A stretch of DNA of 64,000 bases from Nitrospinales bacterium (GCA_965262115.1 OZ253496.1:416001-480000); one strand, 5' to 3'. Shown: positions 17,971 to 28,333, numbered from the stretch's first letter. Translations and numbers: made by a program. The notes: generated by a model not told the origin, from the letters alone.

Positions 17971-20756
17971 GCTCCTGCGGCCTGAAGGTGATCCTCACAA
18001 CGCAGGCAAATTTCACCATTGGCTTTACCTGCCTGAACATCAGGTGCATAGTAATGCCAGCAACGTTCGCACTTTTTCCCTGGATGCATTTTTGAAAAAA
18101 CTTTTACCCCCGGCATGGAATCACTCTCATAGACATTCTCTTCCGCACTCAGGTTATCGACCAACTCCACTTCGGAAACGATAAAGATATATTTCAATTC
18201 ATCACTTTTAACAAGGCTCTGGTATTTTTCAGGCAACTCCAGTTTAACAATGGAGTCCAGGGAGTGACCAATCACCTTTTCTCGTCGACTCGTTTCCAGG
18301 GCTTTGCTCACTTCTCCTTTCAAACCCACGAGAAACTCCCACTTTCCAACAAAGGCATCATCAAAACCCACGTTCTCGGGTTCCGAAAATTGGGAAAGGT
18401 GAACACTTTCTTCATCCACGCTTTTTCTGGGAAGGTGTGACCAAATCTCCTCAGAGGTGAAGCTTAGAATGGGTGCCATCAATCGCACCATCCCCATCAT
18501 AAGAATATGCAGGGCAGTTTGGCCCGAGCGCCTTCCATGCGACTTAACCGGATAGGTATAGAGCCTGTCTTTGATAATATCCAGATAGAATGCACTCAAT
18601 TCAACAATACAAAAGTTTGAGAACGAATGATAAAACACATGAAATTCATAGTTCTCATAAGCGGTTAATATTTTTTCCCGCAAAACATTAAAGCGATAAA
18701 GAATATACCTATCCAACTCGAACATTTCATCAACAGGCACCCGGTCTTCCTTGTAATCGAAGTCATGAAGATTTCCCAACAGATACCGGAAGGTATTGCG
18801 GATTTTCCTATATGACTCCGTCAAGCGCTTTAAAATCTCATTGGAGATTCGGATGTCTTCGCGGTAATTTTCCGAGGCGACCCAAAGGCGGAGTATTTCC
18901 GCCCCATACTGATCGATGATTTTTTCAGGAGCGATCACGTTGCCAGCAGACTTGGACATTTTCTTACCCTTCCCGTCCACCACATAACCATGTGTCAGCA
19001 CCGCTTTATAAGGTTCTTTGCCTCTTGTCCCGATTGATTCCAACAATGAACTGTGAAACCATCCCCGGTGCTGGTCACTGCCTTCAAGGTAGAGATCGGC
19101 TGGCCAGTGAAGTTCTGAGTCGTTCTCGATAACAGCTACATGGCTGACGCCGGAATCGAACCAGACATCAAGAATATCGTTCTCCTTAGAAAATTCTTTC
19201 CCTCCACATTGACAGACCGTTCCTTGCGGCAGGAGGTCTTCAGCGTCAAACCAGAAGTCCGCCCCGTGCTTTTCCACCCCTTCGGTAATGCGTTCAAACA
19301 ATTCGCTGGAATTTACAAACTCCCCACAGGCATTACAGGTAAACAAAGTGATTGGAACTCCCCAGGCTCTTTGCCGAGAAACACACCAGTCGGGCCGGTT
19401 TTCCACCATGCTGTAAATCCGCTCCCTGCCCCATTGAGGGATCCACTTGGTGCGGTCAATACCTGCCAGGGCATTTTTACGTAAATCTTTTTTGTCCATC
19501 GAAATGAACCACTGGTTTGTTGCCCTGAAAATAATGGGCTGATGGCAGCGCCAGCAATGCGGATAGGAATGTTTAATCTTCACATCGAGAATTAAAAAAC
19601 CATCCTGCCTGAGTTTTTCTATGATCTCCGGATCGGCCTTCCTGACAAACATTCCACCAAAATGTTCCACCTCCGAGACAAACACACCACCATTATTCAC
19701 CGGATTATAAGGCTCCAGTCCATATTTTAGCCCAACGATATAATCGTCCTGCCCATGCCCCGGCGCGGTGTGGACACAGCCTGTGCCCTGCTCAAGAGTA
19801 ACGTGCTCACCGAGAATGACTTTAGACTCTTGATCTATGAAAGGATGATGGCAAACTGAATTTTCCCAGTCCGCACCTTTACAGGATGCTAATATTTTAT
19901 AATCCTTCAGTTCCCATTCCGATACCAGGGTCGATAAGCGGTCTTCCGCCACAATATAAGTATCACCAGCGTGACTAACCGCAACATAAGTAAACTCGGG
20001 ATGCAAGCAGATAGCAAGATTGGCCGGGAGGGTCCAGGGTGTCGTGGTCCAAATAACCATATAGAGGTTTTCTGGACCCACCCCTGCCATACCTTGGGGA
20101 ATTCCCGAATCAACCGGGAACTTGACATAAATCGATGGCGAAGTGTGATCGGCATGTTCAACCTCGGCTTCTGCCAAAGCAGTCTGGCAGGAAGTACACC
20201 AATGAACCGGTTTCAGACCTTTATACACCAATCCGTTTTCGACAAACTTTCCAAACTCCCGCACAATAGTCGCTTCATAGGAGTAGTTCATCGTCAGATA
20301 AGGGTTCTCCCAATCTGCAAACACTCCCAGCCTTTTAAATTCCTCCCTCTGAATCTCGACAAATTCCTGCGCATAAATCCTGCATTGTTTGCGGATTTCT
20401 GACTTTTCCAAACTCTGTTTTTTTTCTTTAAGCTTTTTGCCTACCTGGTGTTCAATGGGCAGGCCGTGGCAATCCCATCCAGGTATAAATCCCGAATCAA
20501 ACCCTTTCATGTTCATGGTTTTGACAATAAAATCCTTCAGGAGTTTGTTTAAAGCATGGCCCATGTGAATATGACCGTTGGCATAAGGCGGCCCATCATG
20601 AAAAACAAATTTGGGTTTGCCTTTGGCCGACTGGCGGATTTTTTTATAAAGTCCTTCCTTTTCCCAATGAGCCAACATTTCCGGCTCACGCTGGGTCAGG
20701 CTGGCCTTCATGGGAAAATCCGTGATGGGCAAATTAAGTGTGTCTTTCATTTCCAT
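17967..20756 (-). CDS. ileS: Isoleucine--tRNA ligase (type 1)
   Basis: DGPPYANGHIHMGH, GWDCHGLPIE, EGSDQHRGWF, KMSKS, C-terminal CERC..CLRC. Confidence 0.98.
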   Translation of the reverse strand: MEMKDTLNLPITDFPMKASLTQREPEMLAHWEKEGLYKKIRQSAKGKPKFVFHDGPPYANGHIHMGHALNKLLKDFIVKTMNMKGFDSGFIPGWDCHGLPIEHQVGKKLKEKKQSLEKSEIRKQCRIYAQEFVEIQREEFKRLGVFADWENPYLTMNYSYEATIVREFGKFVENGLVYKGLKPVHWCTSCQTALAEAEVEHADHTSPSIYVKFPVDSGIPQGMAGVGPENLYMVIWTTTPWTLPANLAICLHPEFTYVAVSHAGDTYIVAEDRLSTLVSEWELKDYKILASCKGADWENSVCHHPFIDQESKVILGEHVTLEQGTGCVHTAPGHGQDDYIVGLKYGLEPYNPVNNGGVFVSEVEHFGGMFVRKADPEIIEKLRQDGFLILDVKIKHSYPHCWRCHQPIIFRATNQWFISMDKKDLRKNALAGIDRTKWIPQWGRERIYSMVENRPDWCVSRQRAWGVPITLFTCNACGEFVNSSELFERITEGVEKHGADFWFDAEDLLPQGTVCQCGGKEFSKENDILDVWFDSGVSHVAVIENDSELHWPADLYLEGSDQHRGWFHSSLLESIGTRGKEPYKAVLTHGYVVDGKGKKMSKSAGNVIAPEKIIDQYGAEILRLWVASENYREDIRISNEILKRLTESYRKIRNTFRYLLGNLHDFDYKEDRVPVDEMFELDRYILYRFNVLREKILTAYENYEFHVFYHSFSNFCIVELSAFYLDIIKDRLYTYPVKSHGRRSGQTALHILMMGMVRLMAPILSFTSEEIWSHLPRKSVDEESVHLSQFSEPENVGFDDAFVGKWEFLVGLKGEVSKALETSRREKVIGHSLDSIVKLELPEKYQSLVKSDELKYIFIVSEVELVDNLSAEENVYESDSMPGVKVFSKMHPGKKCERCWHYYAPDVQAGKANGEICLRCEDHLQAAGA

Positions 20757-20770
20757 AAGGACAAAAATTC

Positions 20771-21760
20771 CTACTTCAACTTCATGGCTTGTTTCGCCTG
20801 CTCCAAGGTGGCCTTGGCTACGGCATGGGCCTTGAGTGTACCTTCGCGCAGAATCTCTTTCACTCCATCGGGCCGGGTGAGAATCTCCTGCCTTTTTTCC
20901 ATCATCGGCCTCATGCCTTCAAGCATGGTTTGTGTAAGCATCTTTTTGCAATCTCCACAGCCTATTTTTGCTGTCCTGCAATCGGAGTCTATATCATCCT
21001 GCATCGTTTTGGGAGAATAGATTTTATGAAACGGATACAGGTTGCACACATCGGGATCACCCGGATCCTCGCGCCGGGCGCGGGCGGGATCTGTAAGCAT
21101 GGACTGAACTTTTTTGCTAATCTCCTTTTCGCTATCTGAAAGAAAAATGGCGTTGTTATAAGTTTTGCTCATTTTTCTCCCATCCAGACCGCTCAACTTG
21201 GGAGTATCAGAAATTTTCGCGCCAGGTTCGATGAAGACCTTCTTCTTATAGAGCTTGTTAAATCGACGGACGATTTCCCGGGATAGTTCAAGATGCGGCG
21301 CCTGGTCTATGCCAACGGGCACGTAATCCGCTTTATATAAGACGATATCCGCAGTTTGCAGAACCGGATAGCCCAAAAACCCGTAAGAACTCATATCCAC
21401 ATTTTTAATTTCATCCCGCTTTTCCTTGTAGGTCGGGTTCCTCTCCAACCAGGGCACAGGAACCATCATGGATAGAATCAGGTGGAGTTCGGCGTGTTCG
21501 GGAATTTCCGACTGGACAAACATCGTGCTTTTTTCTGGATCCAACCCAGCGCTCAACCAGTCTACCGCCACTTCAAAAGAATATTCTTTAATACGGTGTG
21601 GGTCTTCATAAAGGGAGCTGAGCGCATGCCAATCCGCTATAAAAAAATAGCATTCAAACTCATCCTGCAGACTCACCCAGTTTTTCAGCGCTCCAAAATA
21701 GTTCCCCAGATGCAGTTTCCCTGAAGGCTGCATTCCGCTTAAAATTCTTTTAGTTTTCAT
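20771..21760 (-). CDS. trpS: Tryptophan--tRNA ligase
   Basis: SGMQPSGKLHLGNY, YPVLQTADI, VPVGIDQ, KMSKT. Confidence 0.97.
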   Translation of the reverse strand: MKTKRILSGMQPSGKLHLGNYFGALKNWVSLQDEFECYFFIADWHALSSLYEDPHRIKEYSFEVAVDWLSAGLDPEKSTMFVQSEIPEHAELHLILSMMVPVPWLERNPTYKEKRDEIKNVDMSSYGFLGYPVLQTADIVLYKADYVPVGIDQAPHLELSREIVRRFNKLYKKKVFIEPGAKISDTPKLSGLDGRKMSKTYNNAIFLSDSEKEISKKVQSMLTDPARARREDPGDPDVCNLYPFHKIYSPKTMQDDIDSDCRTAKIGCGDCKKMLTQTMLEGMRPMMEKRQEILTRPDGVKEILREGTLKAHAVAKATLEQAKQAMKLK

Positions 21761-21779
21761 TGAAAATTTTCCATCCAAA

Positions 21780-22433
21780 TCAGGCAAAGCTCGCTCTTAA
21801 CACTTCAATAATCAGAGGGAAAGTTTCCTGACTCAGGAATAAAACCGAGTAATTAATAGGTAACATTAAAACGGTACCGAGAATCCCCGTGTGGGCAAAA
21901 TGATCCAGCAAAAAAATGCCTAAAATCAGAAAAGCCCCGAACCGGTCAAGGTGGGTGAGTTGTTCAGCCACTTTATGAGAAACCATGCCTTTCAGCACAC
22001 TAGACCCATCCAAAGGGTACATCGGCAACATATTGAAGATTGCCAAAGCAACATTGATCCATATGCCATAAGCTAAAACAATAAACAAATAAGAAAACTC
22101 AGGTGATATCAGCCGGATAAAAAAACTACAACCCACCGCCATGGCCACATTGGACAAGGGTCCCGCCATAGCCACATACATCATATCCTTGCGGGGATTT
22201 TCAAAGTTCCGCCAATCCACCGGAACCGGTTTCGCCCAGCCAAATCCAACAAAATAGAAAAAAAGCACCCCAAGAATATCCAGGTGCCGTAGAGGATTGA
22301 ACGATAGCCTGCCAAGGCGCTGAGCGGTGTTATCACCGAGCAATAAGGCCATCCTGCCGTGGGAATATTCGTGCACCGTAAGGGAAAATAAAATGACCGG
22401 TGTCATTAATAACATTAATTGCATTTTATTCAA
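21780..22433 (-). CDS. Site-2 protease (peptidase M50)
   Basis: HEYSH, GWAKPVP, AGPLSN, FNMLPMYPLDG. Confidence 0.94.
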   Translation of the reverse strand: MNKMQLMLLMTPVILFSLTVHEYSHGRMALLLGDNTAQRLGRLSFNPLRHLDILGVLFFYFVGFGWAKPVPVDWRNFENPRKDMMYVAMAGPLSNVAMAVGCSFFIRLISPEFSYLFIVLAYGIWINVALAIFNMLPMYPLDGSSVLKGMVSHKVAEQLTHLDRFGAFLILGIFLLDHFAHTGILGTVLMLPINYSVLFLSQETFPLIIEVLRASFA

Positions 22434-22625
22434 GAAAAAAGCCTCTGGAATTCATGGGTTGGCCTGATGGATTCATCAAGGTAAAACGGTAAACGCAAGG
22501 GGGGCCGAGTTGGGGATAGTTCCTGAAACGGCGAAACCTAAACGCAAGTTCATTTTATCCCAAACCCATCAACCCTGTCATATTTTAATACGCGAAAAGG
22601 AGGGAGAAAACCCGAATCAAAAATA

Positions 22626-23363
22626 TCAGATACTTTTGGTCTTGGCATATTTCAAAAAAGTATAAAACGCAAAAGCCATAGCTAGAAATAACCCTAAAAA
22701 ACCATCCCTAAACCCTTGTCTAATAATATAATTTTTAACAAATGCTGCTGGGGGACGGAGCACCAGATGAGACCAGCTCGCGCAGAATCCTTCGCTCATT
22801 TTCTCACGGGCATAGAGCGTGGAATAACGATTTTGCCGCTCTATATAGTCTTCCATCCCGGAAAATGAATAATGCAGAATCGGGTTTTTCAGGGAACCTG
22901 CATTCTCATCCGGAACCAGTCTTTCGTGCACCTGCGGTTCGGTAAAACTCACCTGCGTTTTGTCATAGAGTCGGCAGATTCGGTCCGGGTACCACCCGCC
23001 ATGGCGAACCCAACGCTGAGCAAAAAAGTTTTTGCGCGGAAATTGATAAACAGGATGCTTTGGCCCGTCCCGCAATACCGCCTTTATTTCTTCAGCGCCT
23101 TCCGGACTGATCTCTTCATCCGAGTCAATATTCAGGACCCAATTATGCCTGGTCCGGTCCGCACATAAATTTTTCTGCTTGCCGTACCCATGCCAGTCCA
23201 CACAAAAAACCTGATCGGTGAACTTCCGGCAAATTTCCACCGTGCGATCCGTACTGTTTGTATCCAGAACAACAATCTCATCGGCCCATTTTACACTCTC
23301 CAGGCTTCTTGCAATATTCTTCTCCTCATTCCGGGTAATGATAGTGACCGATAATTTTTCCAT
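22626..23363 (-). CDS. Glycosyltransferase family 2 (WaaE/KdtX-like)
   Basis: IITRNEE, WADEIVVLD, IDSDE, GWYPD, VHE, GFRDG. Confidence 0.92.
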   Translation of the reverse strand: MEKLSVTIITRNEEKNIARSLESVKWADEIVVLDTNSTDRTVEICRKFTDQVFCVDWHGYGKQKNLCADRTRHNWVLNIDSDEEISPEGAEEIKAVLRDGPKHPVYQFPRKNFFAQRWVRHGGWYPDRICRLYDKTQVSFTEPQVHERLVPDENAGSLKNPILHYSFSGMEDYIERQNRYSTLYAREKMSEGFCASWSHLVLRPPAAFVKNYIIRQGFRDGFLGLFLAMAFAFYTFLKYAKTKSI

Positions 23364-23544
23364 TAATTATTGCCCAATAAGCTAAATATTTTAAAATGCC
23401 GTCCGATTATAACATCTAAGGAGCCTCACAAAAACCTCCCAAGTAATTAATTTTACTGGATTTCTGGATTTTTATGCTAATATTAGGGCCTGAATATAAC
23501 CATGGTGCGATCCTAAAATTTTCTTGTATCTTATCGAGGCTAAA

Positions 23545-23682
23545 ATGCCAAAATGGAAAGTTTTTGACTCTAGTCAGGCAAACCCAACCCTGAATTTAGA
23601 GGAAGGGGCTCCTTATTTAGCAGATAGAAGTGTCTTGCATCACGTTTCTTTTCTTAAGCCCCAACTCACTAAAATAAAATGA
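23545..23682 (+). CDS. Candidate 45-aa small ORF
   Basis: GAGG 5 nt upstream of ATG; its TGA overlaps the next ATG (ATGA); extended -10 TGcTAATAT at ~23475-23483. Confidence 0.35.
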   Translation: MPKWKVFDSSQANPTLNLEEGAPYLADRSVLHHVSFLKPQLTKIK

Positions 23683-25178
23683 TCGAGCAATTTTTGCAAA
23701 CTGCCAAAGAGTTTTTTAAAGAAATCTGGTTCCAACTGGATTCCCAATTCGGTCTGGAAAATACGGAAGCTTTTAAATTCCTCAAACCTTATCTCACTCA
23801 GCTTCAGGACAACCCTCTCTATATGTTAATTTCCCTGGCCGCACTCTTCCTGGTTCCCTATGCACTGATAAAAATCATGAGCATCTCCAAAGAACGCGAG
23901 CGCAAGCTCAATGAGATGATGGAGAAAATGGAGGATGACGAAGATGCCCCTCCTTCCTATATGAAAGTTCTCGATGAAATGAAAGGAAAGGATGTGGATG
24001 AGGACGATTTTGAGTCCGAACAGGAGGAGTTTGAACTGGAATCACCTTCATCTGACAATGAAGAAGCTATCGACCTTGAAGAAAACGCAGAGACTATCAG
24101 TTCACAGTTAACGGAAAATGAATTTGAAAAAGACCGGAATGAGTTCATGTCGGATGATATTGACATGGAAAAAGATGTCGAACTCCACCTCGATGACTTT
24201 GAACACGATCAAGCCATCAAAGAGCTCCAGGAGGACGGCGAATTGATGGAGCTGGATGAACCTATTTCCGACAACGATCCCTTCTCGAACTATTCCGAAC
24301 TCGATGATGATGAGCAAGACCAAGCCATCAAGGATCTTCAGGAAGAAATGGAGCGGACCATCAACAAATTGACCGAGCAAATTGAGGAGCCCGCCGAGCC
24401 CCCAAGCTCAATCAAGGATTTAAGCCAAATTCATATTGGCGGAGATGCCACCATTGATGACGATTACTCCCCTGAAACTGAATCTCCAGACAGTCAAAGC
24501 GAAGCACCTGCCCTTCAGGAAGAATCGCTTTCCATCTCCGAGCTTTCAGACTCTGAAACTCTGGCCTCTTTGGAACCGGAGAATGCTCTTGATCTTGAAT
24601 CAATGCTCGAACCAGAAGCTGAAGCAGAACTTGATTTAGAAACTGAAACAGAACCCGAAACAGAATCCGAAACAGAATCCGAAGCCATTCCCGATACCCG
24701 TGATTATGAACCAGAACCTTCTGGCTTCACCTTTGAAGCGGAGTCTGATATTGCGGAAGAACCGGAATCTGAAATCGCAGATTTAAAGCTTGAAGATGAC
24801 TTCAAACTTGAACCGGAAGTTTCTTCCGAGAATTTTTCTTTTGCGCCAGAATCGATGGCGCTTGAGGAAATCCAGGAACCAGAATCGGATGCCGAACTAC
24901 CGCCATTGACTGATGAATATGCTTCTCCAAGGAATACAGATAGCCTGATAGACCAACTCAAATTTTTGCAGACTCGTTTTGAAAACCGGTGCCAGCCGGT
25001 AGAACGTTCCCCATCACCCATTGAAAAAAATATTCCGGGGAAAAACTATATCTCAAAGAGCTTTATAGAACCCAGACGTTACTCAAGCCCATCAGCAGGT
25101 CTGCCCCCGGGCAGCAAAAAGTGTATGGATTTACTGGAATCGTTTATATTCCTGAAAAACCAGAAAAGGCATAAATAA
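23679..25178 (+). CDS. Single-TM protein with long, highly acidic low-complexity region
   Basis: One hydrophobic segment near aa 47-66, then D/E-rich; duplicated DQAIK(E/D)LQE motif. Confidence 0.85.
   Translation: MIEQFLQTAKEFFKEIWFQLDSQFGLENTEAFKFLKPYLTQLQDNPLYMLISLAALFLVPYALIKIMSISKERERKLNEMMEKMEDDEDAPPSYMKVLDEMKGKDVDEDDFESEQEEFELESPSSDNEEAIDLEENAETISSQLTENEFEKDRNEFMSDDIDMEKDVELHLDDFEHDQAIKELQEDGELMELDEPISDNDPFSNYSELDDDEQDQAIKDLQEEMERTINKLTEQIEEPAEPPSSIKDLSQIHIGGDATIDDDYSPETESPDSQSEAPALQEESLSISELSDSETLASLEPENALDLESMLEPEAEAELDLETETEPETESETESEAIPDTRDYEPEPSGFTFEAESDIAEEPESEIADLKLEDDFKLEPEVSSENFSFAPESMALEEIQEPESDAELPPLTDEYASPRNTDSLIDQLKFLQTRFENRCQPVERSPSPIEKNIPGKNYISKSFIEPRRYSSPSAGLPPGSKKCMDLLESFIFLKNQKRHK
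24645..24683 (+). repeat. 12-bp in-frame tandem repeat (3 copies)
   Basis: gaaacagaaccc gaaacagaatcc gaaacagaatcc, encoding ETEP/ETES. Confidence 0.75.
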
Positions 25179-25216
25179 CCCGAATATGGAGCCCGGCTCA
25201 TTTAAAGCATAACACA

Positions 25217-26194
25217 ATGACAAAGCCAATTAACATAATCGCCGTAGGAGGCGGAAAAGGCGGCATAGGGAAAAGCGTTGTCTGCACCAATCTGGCGGCA
25301 GGAATGGCTTTGAGCGGTCAAAAAGTTATTCTCATGGACACCGATTTTGGCGCGTCCAATCTGCATGCCCTGCTGGGCATCAGCAACCCCGAGCACGGCT
25401 TCCAGGATTTTTTCAATGACGATATTATCGATCCTGAAACGCTACTTCTTGACACCGGCATCAGTAATCTGAAATTTGTCAGCGGGGCAGGAGACAACCC
25501 GGGAAACGCTAACATTGATACCGAGAGTATAGGCACCATAATTTCTTTTATAAAAAACCTGGAGGCAGACACCATCCTCCTTGATTTGGGTCCCGGAACC
25601 AACTACAACGTCATTGATTTTTTTAATATCAGCACCCAGAGCGTGGTCCTGACAACACCGGAAATGACTTCCATCATGAAGACTTTCAGCTTCATCCGGT
25701 CGGCCCTGTTTCGCAAAATATCGCTCACCTTTCAGGTTTATCCGGAAATACAGAAGATGGTGGGTCACTCCAACCCAAGCAACGCCAATATGGAAGCCTG
25801 CACCACCGGACTGTTGCGTTCAAAATTCAAGGAAGAGTTTCCCAACTACTCCGAACAACTCGACACATTAATCAGTGAGTTCAATCCCGGACTCGTGGTA
25901 AACCGCGTGAGAAACCGCAAAGACCTGATGGCCGGAGACAATCTTCTCAAGCTGGTCAAAAAATTTCTGGAGATTGATGTCACTTATCTCGGGTATATCA
26001 TTGAAAGCGACCAGGTGCGGGATTCCATTGATGAAATGATTCCTTTTTTAATCAAGGACCCGCAAAGCAAACCCTCGGAAAACCTCCAACAAATTATCGG
26101 GGCTTTGACCAACACCGACCTGCAGTTTGTGAAAAGAGACGGAAGAATATTTGTCTCAAAACAGGTCCGCCTCTCATCCGGCTGGGAATCCTGA
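25217..26194 (+). CDS. MinD/ParA-family ATPase, FlhG-like
   Basis: Deviant Walker A GGKGGIGKS, DTDFGASNLH, LDLGPG, TTPE.TS, VVNR. Confidence 0.88.
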   Translation: MTKPINIIAVGGGKGGIGKSVVCTNLAAGMALSGQKVILMDTDFGASNLHALLGISNPEHGFQDFFNDDIIDPETLLLDTGISNLKFVSGAGDNPGNANIDTESIGTIISFIKNLEADTILLDLGPGTNYNVIDFFNISTQSVVLTTPEMTSIMKTFSFIRSALFRKISLTFQVYPEIQKMVGHSNPSNANMEACTTGLLRSKFKEEFPNYSEQLDTLISEFNPGLVVNRVRNRKDLMAGDNLLKLVKKFLEIDVTYLGYIIESDQVRDSIDEMIPFLIKDPQSKPSENLQQIIGALTNTDLQFVKRDGRIFVSKQVRLSSGWES

Positions 26195-26323
26195 TTAAAT
26201 CATACCGGCCCGTTTCACCCCTTCCCATGGTTTCATAAGTATCCCTAACATATTTAGAAAACCTACCCACTCAATTTTCTGTACAATAAAATCCTCGTTG
26301 ACCAACAACTTATTTTTAAAACC

Positions 26324-27661
26324 ATGGATTCTTTGACCCAGTCCATCCTGTTAGAGCTTTTGAATTTTTCCTCCAGCCGAAATAAGAAACTTTTTGTGGT
26401 TGGAGGAACATTGAGGGATTACCTCTCCCGGAAACCCTGTTCAGACTTCGACCTGACCGGGAAAAATGCGGCCGACCTCGGAACCGATTTTGCCAATTTC
26501 CTGAGTTTCACCTACGTGTCTCTAGATAAAACCCCCGACCGAAAAACAGTCCGCGTTGTTCTGGACCAAAAACAACATCTCGACTTCACCGACCTGCAAG
26601 GAAGAAATATTGAGGAAGATCTATCGCAAAGGGATTTCACCATCAATGCTATGGGGCTACTCTTATCAGAATTTTTGTCCGGCAGAAAAATCCCCATTGA
26701 TCCTCATAAGGGGCAAGAAGATTTAGTAAATAGAAAGATTCGGGTGCTACCAGGCCCTATTATTTCGTCCGATCCGCTGCGCATGCTTCGGGCTTTCCGT
26801 TTAGCGGCAACTCTGGGTTTTGAAATTGATGAGGACACGTTAACCAAAATCTCTTTACATAAAACCGAATTGAACGAATCCGCTCCGGAACGAATCTGGC
26901 ACGAACTGACCCTGTTTTTTAAATCCCCAAGCACCCTTTTATTGCTGGAAATCATGCACGGCTGTGGGTTGTTGAACTGCCTTTTCCCAATACCTGATGA
27001 AGTCAAAACCCTCACCCAATATCAAAGACTGGAATCGCTCTTAAAAGACCCAGGTAAAATATTCCCCGAATATGCGGATAAGTTCAGCAATAACGCATTT
27101 CTCAGCAAGCATTATCTCTTAAAGCTCTCGGTCTTGCTGAAAGGGCTGAATCAAAGCCCGACATCAGGAGCTGAGACAACAGAGGGTTTTCCTGACATCC
27201 ATAAATTGAATCTCAAGCCCAGCAATGCGGAAATGAAGTCCATGAATCAGGCACTGAACGGGGCCAGATCTTTGGCAGAAATATATTTCAAGGGCAGTCA
27301 CGGACAAAACGAAACCTACGAATTGACCACAAAGATTCATGAAGAACTACTGGCTTCGATAATCTTATTTATCACGGACTTCTCTTTACAAGACAAGTCT
27401 GACGCTGAAAACAAGGTTCTTTTCTGCAGCCGCATGCTCAAATTCTATTATGATCAGTTTCTGCCGACAATAAATAAAAAACCCTTACTGAACGGAGAAG
27501 ATATTATTCATCAATTCAGCCTTTCTCCTTCCCCATTTTTTGGTAAAATTCTGAACTGCATCCAAAAAGCACAAGTGCTGGGCAATATAGCCACCCGGGA
27601 AGATGCGATCACGCTGGCCGGGGATATTATTCAATCACAAATAAAAAAATCAGATGGATGA
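26324..27661 (+). CDS. Class II tRNA nucleotidyltransferase/poly(A) polymerase family, probably CC-adding type
   Basis: VGGTLRD..DFD, EEDLSQRDFTINAM, DPLRMLRAFR, APERI, C-terminal LLNGED. Confidence 0.85.
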   Translation: MDSLTQSILLELLNFSSSRNKKLFVVGGTLRDYLSRKPCSDFDLTGKNAADLGTDFANFLSFTYVSLDKTPDRKTVRVVLDQKQHLDFTDLQGRNIEEDLSQRDFTINAMGLLLSEFLSGRKIPIDPHKGQEDLVNRKIRVLPGPIISSDPLRMLRAFRLAATLGFEIDEDTLTKISLHKTELNESAPERIWHELTLFFKSPSTLLLLEIMHGCGLLNCLFPIPDEVKTLTQYQRLESLLKDPGKIFPEYADKFSNNAFLSKHYLLKLSVLLKGLNQSPTSGAETTEGFPDIHKLNLKPSNAEMKSMNQALNGARSLAEIYFKGSHGQNETYELTTKIHEELLASIILFITDFSLQDKSDAENKVLFCSRMLKFYYDQFLPTINKKPLLNGEDIIHQFSLSPSPFFGKILNCIQKAQVLGNIATREDAITLAGDIIQSQIKKSDG

Positions 27662-28314
27662 CAACCCGATATTCAACCACTGAATGGAATAACAAGAAAG
27701 TCATATTGAGTGAAAGCGAAATCGATCCCGAAAAACCGGTCAACCTTTTAATCGGTTTCCATGGCGCGAGTTCGACTCCTGAAAATATGCTTGTTCAGGG
27801 AAACCGCTTAAAACTCCAGAATGCCCTGATGGTTTTTCCAGAAGGCCCGGTGAGCGCAGGGAACGGAATTTGGAGCTGGTGGGAAGACGGCCCCCGGCAA
27901 AGCGAAACGGTGAAAAGTTTTGTCAGCTATACTTCGCAAATCATCGGTTCCGCCTACAAACATTATTTAAGCAATAATCCTGAAAGAAAACTGAGAACCT
28001 GCTTATGGGGATTTTCCCAGGGAGGAGCCGCGTCCCTGACTTATACCCTTCTTGGAGAGCACACGCTGTTCAAAGTGGCCTCCATTTGTGGTTTTCTTCC
28101 GGAAATACAAGACCCGGTTATTGAGAAGAAAGAATCCCTTCCCATACTCGGAATATTCGGCAGTAACGATGAGGTGGTTCCTTCTTTCCTCGCTGATCAT
28201 GCTCTGGATGAAATGAAAAACCATGGCCATATGGTAAAATCCAAAGAAACCACTCAGTCTCATGAAGTTAATTCGGAAAATCTGCAGGACTTGTGCGACT
28301 TTTTTAATCCCTGA
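27658..28314 (+). CDS. Alpha/beta hydrolase (carboxylesterase/phospholipase-like)
   Basis: GFHG, GFSQGG nucleophile elbow, NDEVV Asp, SHE His. Confidence 0.88.
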   Translation: MTTRYSTTEWNNKKVILSESEIDPEKPVNLLIGFHGASSTPENMLVQGNRLKLQNALMVFPEGPVSAGNGIWSWWEDGPRQSETVKSFVSYTSQIIGSAYKHYLSNNPERKLRTCLWGFSQGGAASLTYTLLGEHTLFKVASICGFLPEIQDPVIEKKESLPILGIFGSNDEVVPSFLADHALDEMKNHGHMVKSKETTQSHEVNSENLQDLCDFFNP

Positions 28315-28333
28315 AAGGGGCGGGTATGAATTT

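Noticed and set aside
22434..22625. T-box riboswitch upstream of trpS/ileS
   Set aside because: No GGTGGNACC T-box motif or recognisable specifier stem
23486..23662. Firm 6S RNA call
   Set aside because: Size and end-pairing are suggestive, but the central bubble and usual zapA/ygfA context are not evident, and a coupled sORF competes; kept only as a candidate finding
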